This document shows, piece after piece, positions 1 through 8,812 of a stretch of 64,000 nt of DNA (positions within the stretch are counted from its first letter, which is position 1; each line of letters begins with the position of its first letter). This stretch comes from an uncultured Actinomycetes bacterium. Its GTDB lineage: Bacteria > Actinomycetota > Thermoleophilia > Gaiellales > Gaiellaceae. The notes beneath the pieces were generated by a model. That model had not been told where the DNA came from. It did not search any database and saw nothing but the letters and a program-made list of their open reading frames with translations. The stretch lies in the NCBI GenBank assembly GCA_963760815.1, contig CAVXEJ010000004.1, forward strand, positions 1,549,402 through 1,613,401, in the 5' to 3' direction. The translations under genes were made by a program, and so were the position numbers.

Positions 1-174
1 CGCCTTGATCGTGATGCCGCGCTCGCGCTCGAGATCCATGGAGTCGAGCACCTGCTCGCGCATCTCGCGCTTCGAGAGCGTCAGGGTCAGCTCGAGGATG
101 CGGTCGGCGAGCGTCGACTTGCCGTGGTCGATGTGCGCCACGATGGAGAAGTTGCGGATGCGATCGAGACTCAT
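1..174 (-). CDS. lepA: Elongation factor 4 (LepA), N-terminal part only; gene runs off the window start
   Basis: Minus-strand translation [30 protein letters not shown]... carries the GTPase G1 motif typical of LepA. ATG at 172-174 overlaps the murJ stop (ATGA). Confidence 0.9.
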   Translation of the reverse strand, partial: MSLDRIRNFSIVAHIDHGKSTLADRILELTLTLSKREMREQVLDSMDLERERGITIKA

Positions 175-1783
175 GAGGTTCGGGAGCGCCTGACGAGGGC
201 CAGAAGGGTGTCGAGCTCCCTGATCCGAAGGATACGGGCCGCCCCGAGGAACGCCGCGGTGGCAGCGAGCACGGCGATCCCGACCGACGCGATCTGGGCC
301 CAGCCCGAGCGTCCGAGCGCCTCGTCGAGCGCGTACCAGACGCCGTACGCGACCGCGCCCGTGACGATCGAGGCGACGAGCGTGCGCCCGTAGGTGTCCA
401 GGATCCGGCGCCCGTCGATCGAGCCGATCCGGCGGCGGAACAGGAGGATGAGCGCGCCGGTTCCCGCCACGTTCACGAGCGACGTGGCGAGCGGGATCCC
501 CCATACGCCGAGCCGGAAGAACGCGATGTCGAGGACGATCTGGAAGCCGAGGTTCGCGAGCGCGACCCAGGTCGGGATCCACGGCGACTGCAGCGAGAAG
601 AACGCGCGGTTCAGCATCAGCATCGTCCCGTTGAACGTGAGGCCGAGCGCGAACGCGATCAGCGCGTAGGCGACCACGTCGGTCTGGTCGGGGCCGAACG
701 CCCCGCGCTGGTAGAGGAGCCGCGTGACCGGGACGGCGAGCACGGCGCCGATCGCGCTCGCCGGCAGCAGCGTGAACCCGACCTGCCGCAGCCCGAGGGA
801 GACGGTCGAGCGCAGTCCGTCGAAGTCCTGGCGGGCGGCGAGTCGCGACATGGACGGGAAGAGCACGGTCGCGATCGCAACCGAGAAGATCCCCTGCGGG
901 AGCATGTAGATCCGGAACGCCGCCTCGATCGACGCCGGCGCCAGCTCGGGATCGATGAAGCGGGCGGCGAAGAACGTGTTGATGACCTGGTTGAAGTTGA
1001 TGAGCCCGAGCCCGAGCGTGACCGGGAGCATCAGCACGAAGATCCGCCTGACGGCCGGGTCGCGCCAGTCGATGATCGCCCGCAGCCGGTCGTCGCGGCC
1101 GCGCAGCCACGGCAAAGGGAGCAGGAACTGGACGACGGTCGCAACGAGCACCGCGCCGGCGTAGACGTAGAGCGCGCTCGACTCCGATCGGCGCGCGGCA
1201 CGCCGATCGCGACGCCGAAGATGATCACGAGGTTCCACGCCACCGGCGCAAGAGCGGGCACGGTGAAGTGGTCGTAGCTGTTCAGGATCCCGACGACGAT
1301 CCCCGAGAGCCCGAGCAGGACGACCGTCGGGAAGAGGATCCGCGACAGCGTGACGACGAGCTCGGCCTGCTCGCCCTCGTAGCCGAACGGCTTCATGAGC
1401 CACGGCGCGAGCAGGATGAACAGGGCGGTCAGGCCGCCCAGGCCGAGCAGCACGAGCCAGAAGAGCGTCGACGCGACCCGCCAGGCGCGCATCGCCTTCC
1501 CCTTCTCCAGCAGCTCGCTGAAGACGGGGACGAACGCGGCCGAGAGGGCGGCGTCGGCGACGAGCGAGCGGAGCAGGTTCGGCAGCTGGAACGCGACCGT
1601 GAACGTGTTGATCGAGCCCTCGACGCCGAAGTAGCGGCGCACGACGATCTCGCGGACGAGGCCGAGGATCCGCGAGAGGCCGGTGGCGATCGAGAAGATC
1701 GCGGTCGAGCGGGCCAGGCGGTTGTGCGTGCGCTGGGGAGGCGGAACGTCCGGTCCGGGCGGCTCGTCGACGGGCGTTCCCAT
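171..1783 (-). CDS. murJ: Lipid II flippase MurJ/MviN; apparent 1-nt frameshift near 1185-1200
   Basis: N-terminal part lies in the ORF 1031..1873 frame ([31 protein letters not shown]...[10 protein letters not shown]). C-terminal part lies in the ORF 171..1910 frame ([24 protein letters not shown]...). The two halves are collinear MurJ. Confidence 0.85.
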
Positions 1784-1896
1784 GCGCGGATCGTAGGAGA
1801 GAGGCCGCCCGGAGCCGCACGGGAACTGCGCTGCGAGCTTGGAACGGCTGGTACGATGCGCGTCGCGCGGCATCGAGTCCGCGCACTTTTACGCCT

Positions 1897-2163
1897 ATGC
1901 CGAATATCAAGCAACAGGAGCGCCGAGTTCGAAGCGCCGCCCGCGAGCGGATGCAGAACCTGCGCTGGCGCTCGACCGCAAAGACGCTCTACAAGCGGCT
2001 CGAGAACGCCGTGGCGGACGGCGACTCCGACACGATCGGCTCCGCCCACCGCGATCTGGTCAAGTGGCTCGACCGAGCCGCTGCCCGCGGGGCGATCCAC
2101 CCGTCGAAGACCGCGCGCAAGAAGTCGCAGGCCGCGCGCCTCGTCGCCGGGCCCAAGAGCTAG
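1897..2163 (+). CDS. rpsT: 30S ribosomal protein S20
   Basis: 88 aa, MPNIKQQERRVRSAARERMQNLRWRS...IHPSKTARKKSQ, a typical S20. Confidence 0.95.
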   Translation: MPNIKQQERRVRSAARERMQNLRWRSTAKTLYKRLENAVADGDSDTIGSAHRDLVKWLDRAAARGAIHPSKTARKKSQAARLVAGPKS

Positions 2164-3324
2164 CGGGTCACCCTCCAGGAGTAGGACGCGGGCGAGCGGT
2201 CCGCTTTGCCGACGGGATCGATCGAGCGGACGCGGAAGATGTGCCGGCCGGGCTTCACGGTCGGGCGAAAGGGCGACGAGCAGCTACGGAACGGCTTGCG
2301 GTCGAGGCGGCACTCGAACGCCGAGCCCTTGAACGACGATGCGAAGCGGAACTCCGCCTTGCGCTTCTCCGTCAGTCTTCCCCGGCTTCTTCGTGATGGT
2401 CGTGTTCGGCGGCGGGCACGTCGTCTGCGTCGCGCCCTCGAACTCGCCCTCGGGGTCGCTCGACGCGAGCGGCGTCAGGTCGCCGGTCTTCAGGCTGAAC
2501 GTGCCGTACTGGTTCTCGTCGTCGCCCTGGTACGTCCAGGCGTAGAGCGTGCCGGTCGTGTTGTCGAAGTCCATCCCCTGGGCGAAGTTGGAGTTCACGC
2601 CGGTCGCGCCGACGAACGTCGTGGCGCCGGTCTTCGTGTTGACCCGGAAGATGCTGTCGCGGCTGATGTCGTGCGCGTACATGGCGCCGTCGCAGTTGAC
2701 CGAGGCCGCGGCGATCAGGGTCGCCTCGTCGATCAGGTCGACGAGCGTGGCGGTTCCGGTCTTGAGGTTCAGCGTGTAGAGCGCGGGCGCCGTTGCGCCC
2801 TGGCTCGTGGCGTACGCCTTGCCCGTCCTCGGGTGGATCGTGAGCGACGACCAGTAGTGGCCGGCGAGCGGAGCCGAGGGACCGACGACAGTGAACGCGC
2901 CGCTCGTGAGCGTCATCGTGCCGAGCTGGTTGCTCGTCTGGTCGAGGGCGTAGAGCGTCTTGGCGCCCGGGTCGAAATCGAGGCCGAAGATGAGCCTCGT
3001 GTTCGGCCCGAGGACAACCTGCCCGGGAAAGTCGTTCAGCCGGTGGCGGACGACGTTGTTCGTGAGCGGCCCGATGTCGTGCGCGAAGGCGAAGCTCGTC
3101 GCCGCGAAGACGTGTCGGCCGCCGGGGTGCGCATCGGCCGGCCGGGGCTCCGCTTCCGCGGACGGGCACGCGTCCGCGTAGCCGGCGGGCTCGGCGAGCC
3201 CGGAGTCCGCGCCGCAGTCGATCGCGGCCCCGCGGGCGCCTGCGGCGAATGCGAGCGTCAGGGCGGCGAGCAGCGCAAGCGGGAGCAGCAGCCACAGATG
3301 TCGCTCGTCGCGCGCGCTCGTCAT
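2160..3324 (-). CDS. Secreted beta-propeller-like repeat protein with a C-terminal two-Cys Ig-like basic module; apparent frameshift near 2369
   Basis: Signal peptide HLWLLLPLALLAALTLAFAAGARG. Repeated LY.LD/TG..T.VG motifs. After PPNTTITKKPGKTD, a 1-nt shift gives EKRKAEFRFASSFKGSAFECRLDRKPFRSCSSPFRPTVKPGRHIFRVRSIDPVGKADRSPASYSWRVTR, stop at 2160-2162. Confidence 0.7.
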
Positions 3325-3441
3325 CGCCCCCTCCTCCGCAGCCGTCGCAACGACGGTAGCCCCGGGTCGAAAGGGGTGTCAACCGGGAGCCGCTGTCCGC
3401 GGACTCGGTACCGGTTACGCGGACGCGGGCCGCGCGGGCGC

Positions 3442-3499
3442 GCTTCGGTTCACGCGGATGCGTGCAGACGGCTTCGGTTCACGCGGATGCGTGGACGCG
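3442..3499. repeat. Tandem direct duplication, 2 x 29 bp (gcttcggttcacgcggatgcgtg...)
   Basis: Copy 1 is 3442-3470 and copy 2 is 3471-3499, with the first 23 nt identical. The duplication spans the holA stop codon. Confidence 0.8.
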
Positions 3500-4456
3500 C
3501 GGCGCCGTGATCTCCACGAGCGCCCGCTCGAGCTCGAGCTCCGCCGGCAGCCGGCTGGCGCCCTTGAGCGCCGCGTCCAGCTCCGCGAGCCGGACGATCG
3601 CAGCGTCGAGCTCGTCGCGCGTGTAGTTCCGCGCGAACGAGAGGAGCTTCCTCGCCGGGTACTCCTTGATCTTGAGCCGCTTGGCGACCTCGGCCGATCC
3701 CAGGCCTTCCTCGGAGAACGCCTGCGCGGCGCGGACGCGGCTCACGTACCCCGCGAGCGCCGCGGCGATCCCGAACGGCTCGCGGTCGCGCTGCTCCAGG
3801 ATCGTCTCGCACTCCTCGAGGAGGCCCGGCAGGTCGCGCGCTCCCCATGCGTCGGTCAGGGTCCAGGGCACGAAGTCCCGCGACGTGACCGCCAGGAGCT
3901 CGACCTCGCGCCGGCCCACGGGCTCTCCCGCGGCCCAGGTGGCGAGCTTGTCGATTTCGGTTTCGAGCTCGAGCACGTCGTCCCCGACGATCTCGACGAG
4001 CGCGCGGGACGCGTCCGCATCGGCGCGGACGCCCAGCCGCTCGAATTCGGAGCGAACCCAGCCGGACGCGTCCTTCGACTTCGGCACGTCATAGGAGAGC
4101 ACCTGGCCCGCCTTCTCGCACGCGGCCACCAGCGCCGCCTGTTTCAGCGCGCCTTCGGCGACCAGCGCGAGAACGCTGTCGGGCGAAGGGTCGGCGAGGT
4201 AGGACACAACCGCGTCCACATCGTCGGCCTTCCACCGCTCGATTCCCTCGACGACGACGAGAGTCGCGCCGCCGGCTCCGAAGAGCCCGAGGGAGTTGCA
4301 GGCGGCGACCGCGTCCGCGCCCGTGGCCGTGTCCGCCGAGAGCAGCTCGATCGCCTCGTCGGGGAAGCGCCCCCGGAGGCGGACGATCGCGCGGTGGATC
4401 TTGGGCCGGTCGCTCCCGACCATGAGGTAGACGCGATGCAGGTCGTCGGTCGACAT
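3479..4456 (-). CDS. holA: DNA polymerase III delta subunit
   Basis: 325 aa. Reads as delta subunit (VYLMVGSDRPKIHRAIVRLR...LSADTATGADAVAACNSLGLFG...IDKLATWAAG). Lies in conserved comEC-holA-rpsT synteny. Confidence 0.8.
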   Translation of the reverse strand: MSTDDLHRVYLMVGSDRPKIHRAIVRLRGRFPDEAIELLSADTATGADAVAACNSLGLFGAGGATLVVVEGIERWKADDVDAVVSYLADPSPDSVLALVAEGALKQAALVAACEKAGQVLSYDVPKSKDASGWVRSEFERLGVRADADASRALVEIVGDDVLELETEIDKLATWAAGEPVGRREVELLAVTSRDFVPWTLTDAWGARDLPGLLEECETILEQRDREPFGIAAALAGYVSRVRAAQAFSEEGLGSAEVAKRLKIKEYPARKLLSFARNYTRDELDAAIVRLAELDAALKGASRLPAELELERALVEITAPRVHASA

Positions 4457-4469
4457 GGTGCGAGCATAT

Positions 4470-6764
4470 TCACCGCCCCCGCTCGCTGCGGACGGTCAGG
4501 CGCCGCCCGTCGGACTCGATCACGACCCGGCCGTCCTCGTCGGTGCGGAAGACCGTGAGCCCCGGCGCGACGGCGAGCGCGGCCAGCGTCTCCGGCGTCG
4601 GATGGCCGTACGTGTTCTCGTCACCGACTGAGATGACGGCGATGCTCGGAGTTGTCCTGCGCAGGAGCTCCGGCAGGGCCGGGTCGGCGGAGCCGTGGTG
4701 GGCGACCTTGAGGATCTCCACGTCAGGCAGGCCGAGCGGGACGGTCACGTTTGACTCGGCGTCGGCAGTGAGCAGCAGGTCGGTGCTGCCGTAGGTCGCG
4801 AGGAGGACGATCGCGTGGTCGTTCGGATTCCCGCCCTCGGGGCCCGGCCCGTCCGGCCAGAGCACGTGGAGCTCGAGCTCGCCGAGGCGATAGGTCTGGC
4901 CCCCGCGCGCGATCACGACCCGCACGCCGCGGTCGCGGGCGGCGCGCAACGCGGCGGCCTCCTCGGGGCTCTCGTTGGGGATGCCCGGATCGAGGACGAG
5001 ATCGACGCCGAGCCGTTCGAGAACCGCCTCGGCCCCGCCGACGTGGTCGCGCTCGGGGTGGGTGAGGACGAGCGCGGCCAGACGGTGGACGCCGAGCCGC
5101 TCGACCTGCTCGGCCACGTCGGCCTCGGGCGGGCCCTCGTCGACGAGGATCGCTCCCTCGGGAACCTGGAGCAGCGTCCCGTCGCCCTGGCCGACGTCGA
5201 GGAACGTCACGCGCAGGCCCGCCGGAGGTGCGGCAGCGGCGCCCTCGCCGGCGATCCACACGCGCCAGCCGGCGACGAGCGCGACGACCATCAGCGCGAG
5301 CGCGACGACCCTCGGGCCCCGCGGAGCCCGCAGCCGGGCGGCGAGGATCGCCCCCGCGCCGACGAGCAGGGCGACGGCAAGCGACCCGCGTGAGGTCAGG
5401 CGAGCGTGCGGAAGATCCGCGACGAACTCGGCGCACCACGCGAGGTACGCGGCCAGCCATCCGTTCACCCACGCGAGGGCGAAGGCCGCGGACGGCAGGA
5501 GCGGATCGAGGACGGCGCAGACGAGCGCGAATCCGAGCAGGAGCGGGACGACCGGTGCGGCGAGCGCGTTCGCAAGCACGGTGTAGACCGGAATCGCCCC
5601 GAAATGGAGCCACAGCACCGGCGCGGTGACGAGGCCGCAGCCGATCGAGAGCGCGACGCCCTGGGCGACCTTCGGCCGCAGCGGATAGCCCTCGAGCCGG
5701 CGCTCGATTCTCGGGACGAGGACGAAGATCGCGGCGACCGCGACGAACGAGAGCTGGAACCCCGGCTCGAGGAGCGCGTACGGATTGACCGCGAGGAGCA
5801 CGGCCGCGCCGACGAGCAGGAAGTACCACCGGTCGGACGGGCGCGAGGCGAGCCACGCGAGGGACACGAGCGTTCCGGCGACTCCGGCGCGGACGACCGA
5901 CGGCTGCCACCCGACCGCGCCCGTGTAGGCGACGACGCCCGCCACCGCAGCGAGGTGCCCGATCCGCCGCGGGACGCCCGCGACCCAGGCGGCGAGCAGG
6001 ATCCCGATCACGACGTACGCGACGTTCTGGCCCGACACGGCGAGCAGGTGGTAGAGCCCGGACGCCTTGAAGTCGTCCCGGAGCGGCTCGCTGAGCTGCT
6101 CGTCCTCGCCGAGGACGATCCCGCCGATGACCGCGCGCCGCTCTCCGGTGAGGCCGGGGGCCATCGACGCCGCCAGCCAGCGGCGCAGACTGTCCACCGC
6201 TCCGCGGACGCCCCCGCGTTCTCCGACCTGCCGGTAGGAGCCGGCGCGCAGGATCACGTGGACGCCCTGGCGTCCCAGGTACTCGGCCTCGTCGAACTCG
6301 CCGTCGGATTCGGCGCGTTGCGGCGCGTCGAGCTTCGCGACGATCTGCAGGATCGCGCCCTGCGGCGGCGAGCGGCCGAGCGGGAGCTCCAGGCGCGCGG
6401 GTTCGTTGAACTCCAGGCGATCGAACCGCCGGACACGCACCGGCACGCGGACGGCGAACCTCCCGACGCGCGCGGGACCGGTCACCTCGACGTTCGCGAG
6501 CCCCGCCTCGCCGATGTGCGGGGCGAGCGCGCTTCGGTCGAGTGCGTCCAGGCGCGCGGATCCCCACCAGACGCCGAGCAGCGCCAGCGCCAGAGCGAGC
6601 GCACCCAGCCTGCGCGGGCCCGTCGCGAACGGCGCGCAGATCACCAGGAGGGCCGCGACGGCCGCGGCCACCGCGCCCATGCGAAGCACGAGCGCCACGC
6701 CGAGCCCGACGCAGAGCGAGCCCGCGAGGACATGAGGCGCGCGAACAGGCGGCGCGCGCATCAC
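4470..6764 (-). CDS. comEC: DNA internalization competence protein ComEC/Rec2 with C-terminal metallo-beta-lactamase domain
   Basis: 764 aa polytopic membrane protein. Motifs ASGLYHLLAVSGQNV, FLDVGQGDGTLLQ, THPERDHVGG, KVAHHGSAD. Confidence 0.9.
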   Translation of the reverse strand: MMRAPPVRAPHVLAGSLCVGLGVALVLRMGAVAAAVAALLVICAPFATGPRRLGALALALALLGVWWGSARLDALDRSALAPHIGEAGLANVEVTGPARVGRFAVRVPVRVRRFDRLEFNEPARLELPLGRSPPQGAILQIVAKLDAPQRAESDGEFDEAEYLGRQGVHVILRAGSYRQVGERGGVRGAVDSLRRWLAASMAPGLTGERRAVIGGIVLGEDEQLSEPLRDDFKASGLYHLLAVSGQNVAYVVIGILLAAWVAGVPRRIGHLAAVAGVVAYTGAVGWQPSVVRAGVAGTLVSLAWLASRPSDRWYFLLVGAAVLLAVNPYALLEPGFQLSFVAVAAIFVLVPRIERRLEGYPLRPKVAQGVALSIGCGLVTAPVLWLHFGAIPVYTVLANALAAPVVPLLLGFALVCAVLDPLLPSAAFALAWVNGWLAAYLAWCAEFVADLPHARLTSRGSLAVALLVGAGAILAARLRAPRGPRVVALALMVVALVAGWRVWIAGEGAAAAPPAGLRVTFLDVGQGDGTLLQVPEGAILVDEGPPEADVAEQVERLGVHRLAALVLTHPERDHVGGAEAVLERLGVDLVLDPGIPNESPEEAAALRAARDRGVRVVIARGGQTYRLGELELHVLWPDGPGPEGGNPNDHAIVLLATYGSTDLLLTADAESNVTVPLGLPDVEILKVAHHGSADPALPELLRRTTPSIAVISVGDENTYGHPTPETLAALAVAPGLTVFRTDEDGRVVIESDGRRLTVRSERGR

Positions 6765-7351
6765 AGGTCGACCAGCTCCTTCAGGCGCTCGAGCCGCGCC
6801 GGCCCGATCCCCGGAACGGCGTCGAGCTCCTCCACGGATTGGAACGCGCCGTGCTCGGTGCGGTAGTCGAGGATCCCCTGCGCCGTGACCGGCCCGACGC
6901 CGGGCAGCGAGTCGAGCTGCTCGAGCGTCGCCGAGTTCAGGTGAACCCGCTGGCCCGCCGCGGCCGGCGCGCCCGAACCCGAGCCGCCCGCCGCCGCCTC
7001 GCCCTTCTTCGGCACGAGCACCTGCTGGCCGTCTGCAACGGGAGACGCGAGATTGACGAGGTCGAGCGCGGCCTTGGGCGTCGCGCCTCCGGCCTTGCGG
7101 ATGGCGTCGTCGACCCTGCTGCCCTCGTCGAGCCGGTACAGCCCGGGGCTCGCGACCGCGCCGACGACGTGCACGACCACCTTCCGGGCGACGGGCTCCT
7201 CGGTTTCGATCGCGACGGCGTTCGACCCGCCCGCAGGCGCCGCCTCTCCGCGCTCAAGGAACCGCGCCCCGACGACGAGGACGAGCAGCGCTACGGTCGC
7301 GTAGGCGAGCGCGCGGGCCCGGGAGATCGAAGGCATGTCCATCGACTCCAC
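6761..7351 (-). CDS. comEA: ComEA-family helix-hairpin-helix DNA-binding protein
   Basis: N-terminal TM helix. C-terminal LNSATLEQLDSLPGVGPVTAQGILDYRTEHGAFQSVEELDAVPGIGPARLERL. Stop overlaps the comEC start. Confidence 0.9.
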   Translation of the reverse strand: MESMDMPSISRARALAYATVALLVLVVGARFLERGEAAPAGGSNAVAIETEEPVARKVVVHVVGAVASPGLYRLDEGSRVDDAIRKAGGATPKAALDLVNLASPVADGQQVLVPKKGEAAAGGSGSGAPAAAGQRVHLNSATLEQLDSLPGVGPVTAQGILDYRTEHGAFQSVEELDAVPGIGPARLERLKELVDL

Positions 7352-7355
7352 TGTG

Positions 7356-7430
7356 GCGCGAGAAAACGCGCAGAACTGTCACGAATGTGCCGACTTCGCA
7401 ACGAAGGTGTGACGAAACTCAGCAGGCGGC
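7356..7430 (+). repeat. Weak, partial copy of the ~100-nt intergenic repeat family (copy D)
   Basis: Shares ctgtggcgcgagaaa and gaatgtgccgacttcg with copies at 11421 and 14396. Fills the comEA/marP-like gap. Confidence 0.3.
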
Positions 7431-7433
7431 CGG

Positions 7434-8567
7434 TCAGCCCGCGCAGGGGCCCGGATCGACCGGCGTGAGGCGCCCGTCGATCGCGTCGAGCACGGTCCCC
7501 ACCGGAACCGCGAAGCCGTCGTTTCCACTCCGCGATCCACCGAAGATCATCGCCACGACCCGGCCTTTTGCGTCCACGGCCGGCCCGCCGCTCTCGCCCC
7601 GCCGCACCTTGCCGCGCAGCGGCGTGACCCGGCGCAGCCCGACGCCGCCGCCGTCCGCGCTCGGGACGAGCATCCGGCGCGGCTCCCCCGCGGTTGCGGG
7701 CACGGCCACGAGCGCACCGTCCCCCGGGTAGCCGAGCAGGACGACCGGTAGCGGGTAGTCCGCCGACTCCAGCACCGGGAGCGGTTCCGTGGTCAGCCCG
7801 TTCACGCGCAGGATCGCAACGTCGTCGCCGGGGTCGCGGTAGACGATTGCCGCGTTGAGCCGTTCGCCGTCGGGCGTCAGCACCTGGGTGTCGCGCTCGC
7901 CCGAGATCACGTGCGCGTTCGTCGCCACCAGGTTCCCGCGCACGACCCAGCCCGAGCCCTGGATCCCGAGCCCGCACGACGTCCCCTCGATCTTCACCAC
8001 GCTCGCCGCCGCCGCCCGCGCGCCGGGACTGCGCAGGACGCTTCGGTCCGGCGGCGGCAGGTCGCGTGGGACGAGCTGCGGCAGGATCGGCAGCGGGTCG
8101 ATCCCCTCGAGCGTGCTGAGGACCGAGTCGGGCGGAAGGACGTCGACGAGCGCCGGCAGGACGACCGAGCGTTGCACCGCCTTGCGCAGGCCGAGCGACG
8201 GCTGCTGCAGCAGGAGCACGGCCAGCGCCCAGGCGAATGCGAGCGCCAGAAGACCGCCCACGAGCGCGCCGCCGATTCGGTCGAGGATCCCCAGCCCGGG
8301 AACGCGGAGGATGGTCATCTGCGCCCCGGCGGCGAGCCGGCCGGCTCCGAACCCGAAGGCCATCGCGCCCGCGGCCGCCCCGACGAGGGTCGCCAGCGGA
8401 AGCCAGTCGGCGTTCGCCTCGGGGAGCAGGTGCGGCGCGAGCCACGCGCCGACGACGAGGCCGGCGGCGACGCCGAGGAGCGAGATCACCTGCGCCGTGA
8501 ACCCGCGCATGTAGCCGGCGACCGCGAAGAGCGCGACGGCGGCGAGGACGAGGAGGTCGAAGCTCAC
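7434..8567 (-). CDS. MarP-like membrane serine protease (CvpA-type 4-TM N-terminus + trypsin-like S1 domain)
   Basis: MSFDLLVLAAVALFAVAGYMRGF... TM region, then VATNAHVISG (His), DVAILRV (Asp), GESGGPAVD (Ser). Confidence 0.8.
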   Translation of the reverse strand: MSFDLLVLAAVALFAVAGYMRGFTAQVISLLGVAAGLVVGAWLAPHLLPEANADWLPLATLVGAAAGAMAFGFGAGRLAAGAQMTILRVPGLGILDRIGGALVGGLLALAFAWALAVLLLQQPSLGLRKAVQRSVVLPALVDVLPPDSVLSTLEGIDPLPILPQLVPRDLPPPDRSVLRSPGARAAAASVVKIEGTSCGLGIQGSGWVVRGNLVATNAHVISGERDTQVLTPDGERLNAAIVYRDPGDDVAILRVNGLTTEPLPVLESADYPLPVVLLGYPGDGALVAVPATAGEPRRMLVPSADGGGVGLRRVTPLRGKVRRGESGGPAVDAKGRVVAMIFGGSRSGNDGFAVPVGTVLDAIDGRLTPVDPGPCAG

Positions 8568-8651
8568 CCGGCGCGGCCTCTCCGAATCAGACGGCCGTTG
8601 GGCATGAACTCATGGTACGGACGCTGCGGCGAGATTCCTGGTCGCGCGCAC

Positions 8652-8752
8652 GCGCGTGTCTGGCGGGGCGGGTCCCCCCAATTTCAGCGTAGCCGCGAGA
8701 TGCGCACGACTTGCGCGCGGAATCGGGTCGACTTCGTGCCGGTTTCTCCACA
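8652..8752 (+). repeat. Diverged copy of the ~100-nt intergenic repeat family (copy C)
   Basis: cagcgtagccgcgagatgcgcac...gcgcgcggaatc...gtgccggtttctcc aligns with gagcgtaactcggaaatgcgcgc...gcgcgggaat gtgccggatctgtgcc of copy B. Confidence 0.5.
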
Positions 8753-8812
8753 ACGGGGCGCGGCCCGGCGGAACGCCGGTTCCGAACCCTCGAGCCCCAC
8801 CGGGACCGGCCC

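Noticed and set aside
2160-2163. Convergent genes sharing a palindromic CTAG stop (rpsT/propeller gene at 2160-2163; RTX gene/AI-2E gene at 45851-45854).
   Set aside because: This is real in the sequence but is most simply a coincidence of TAG stops on both strands. No functional inference is justified.
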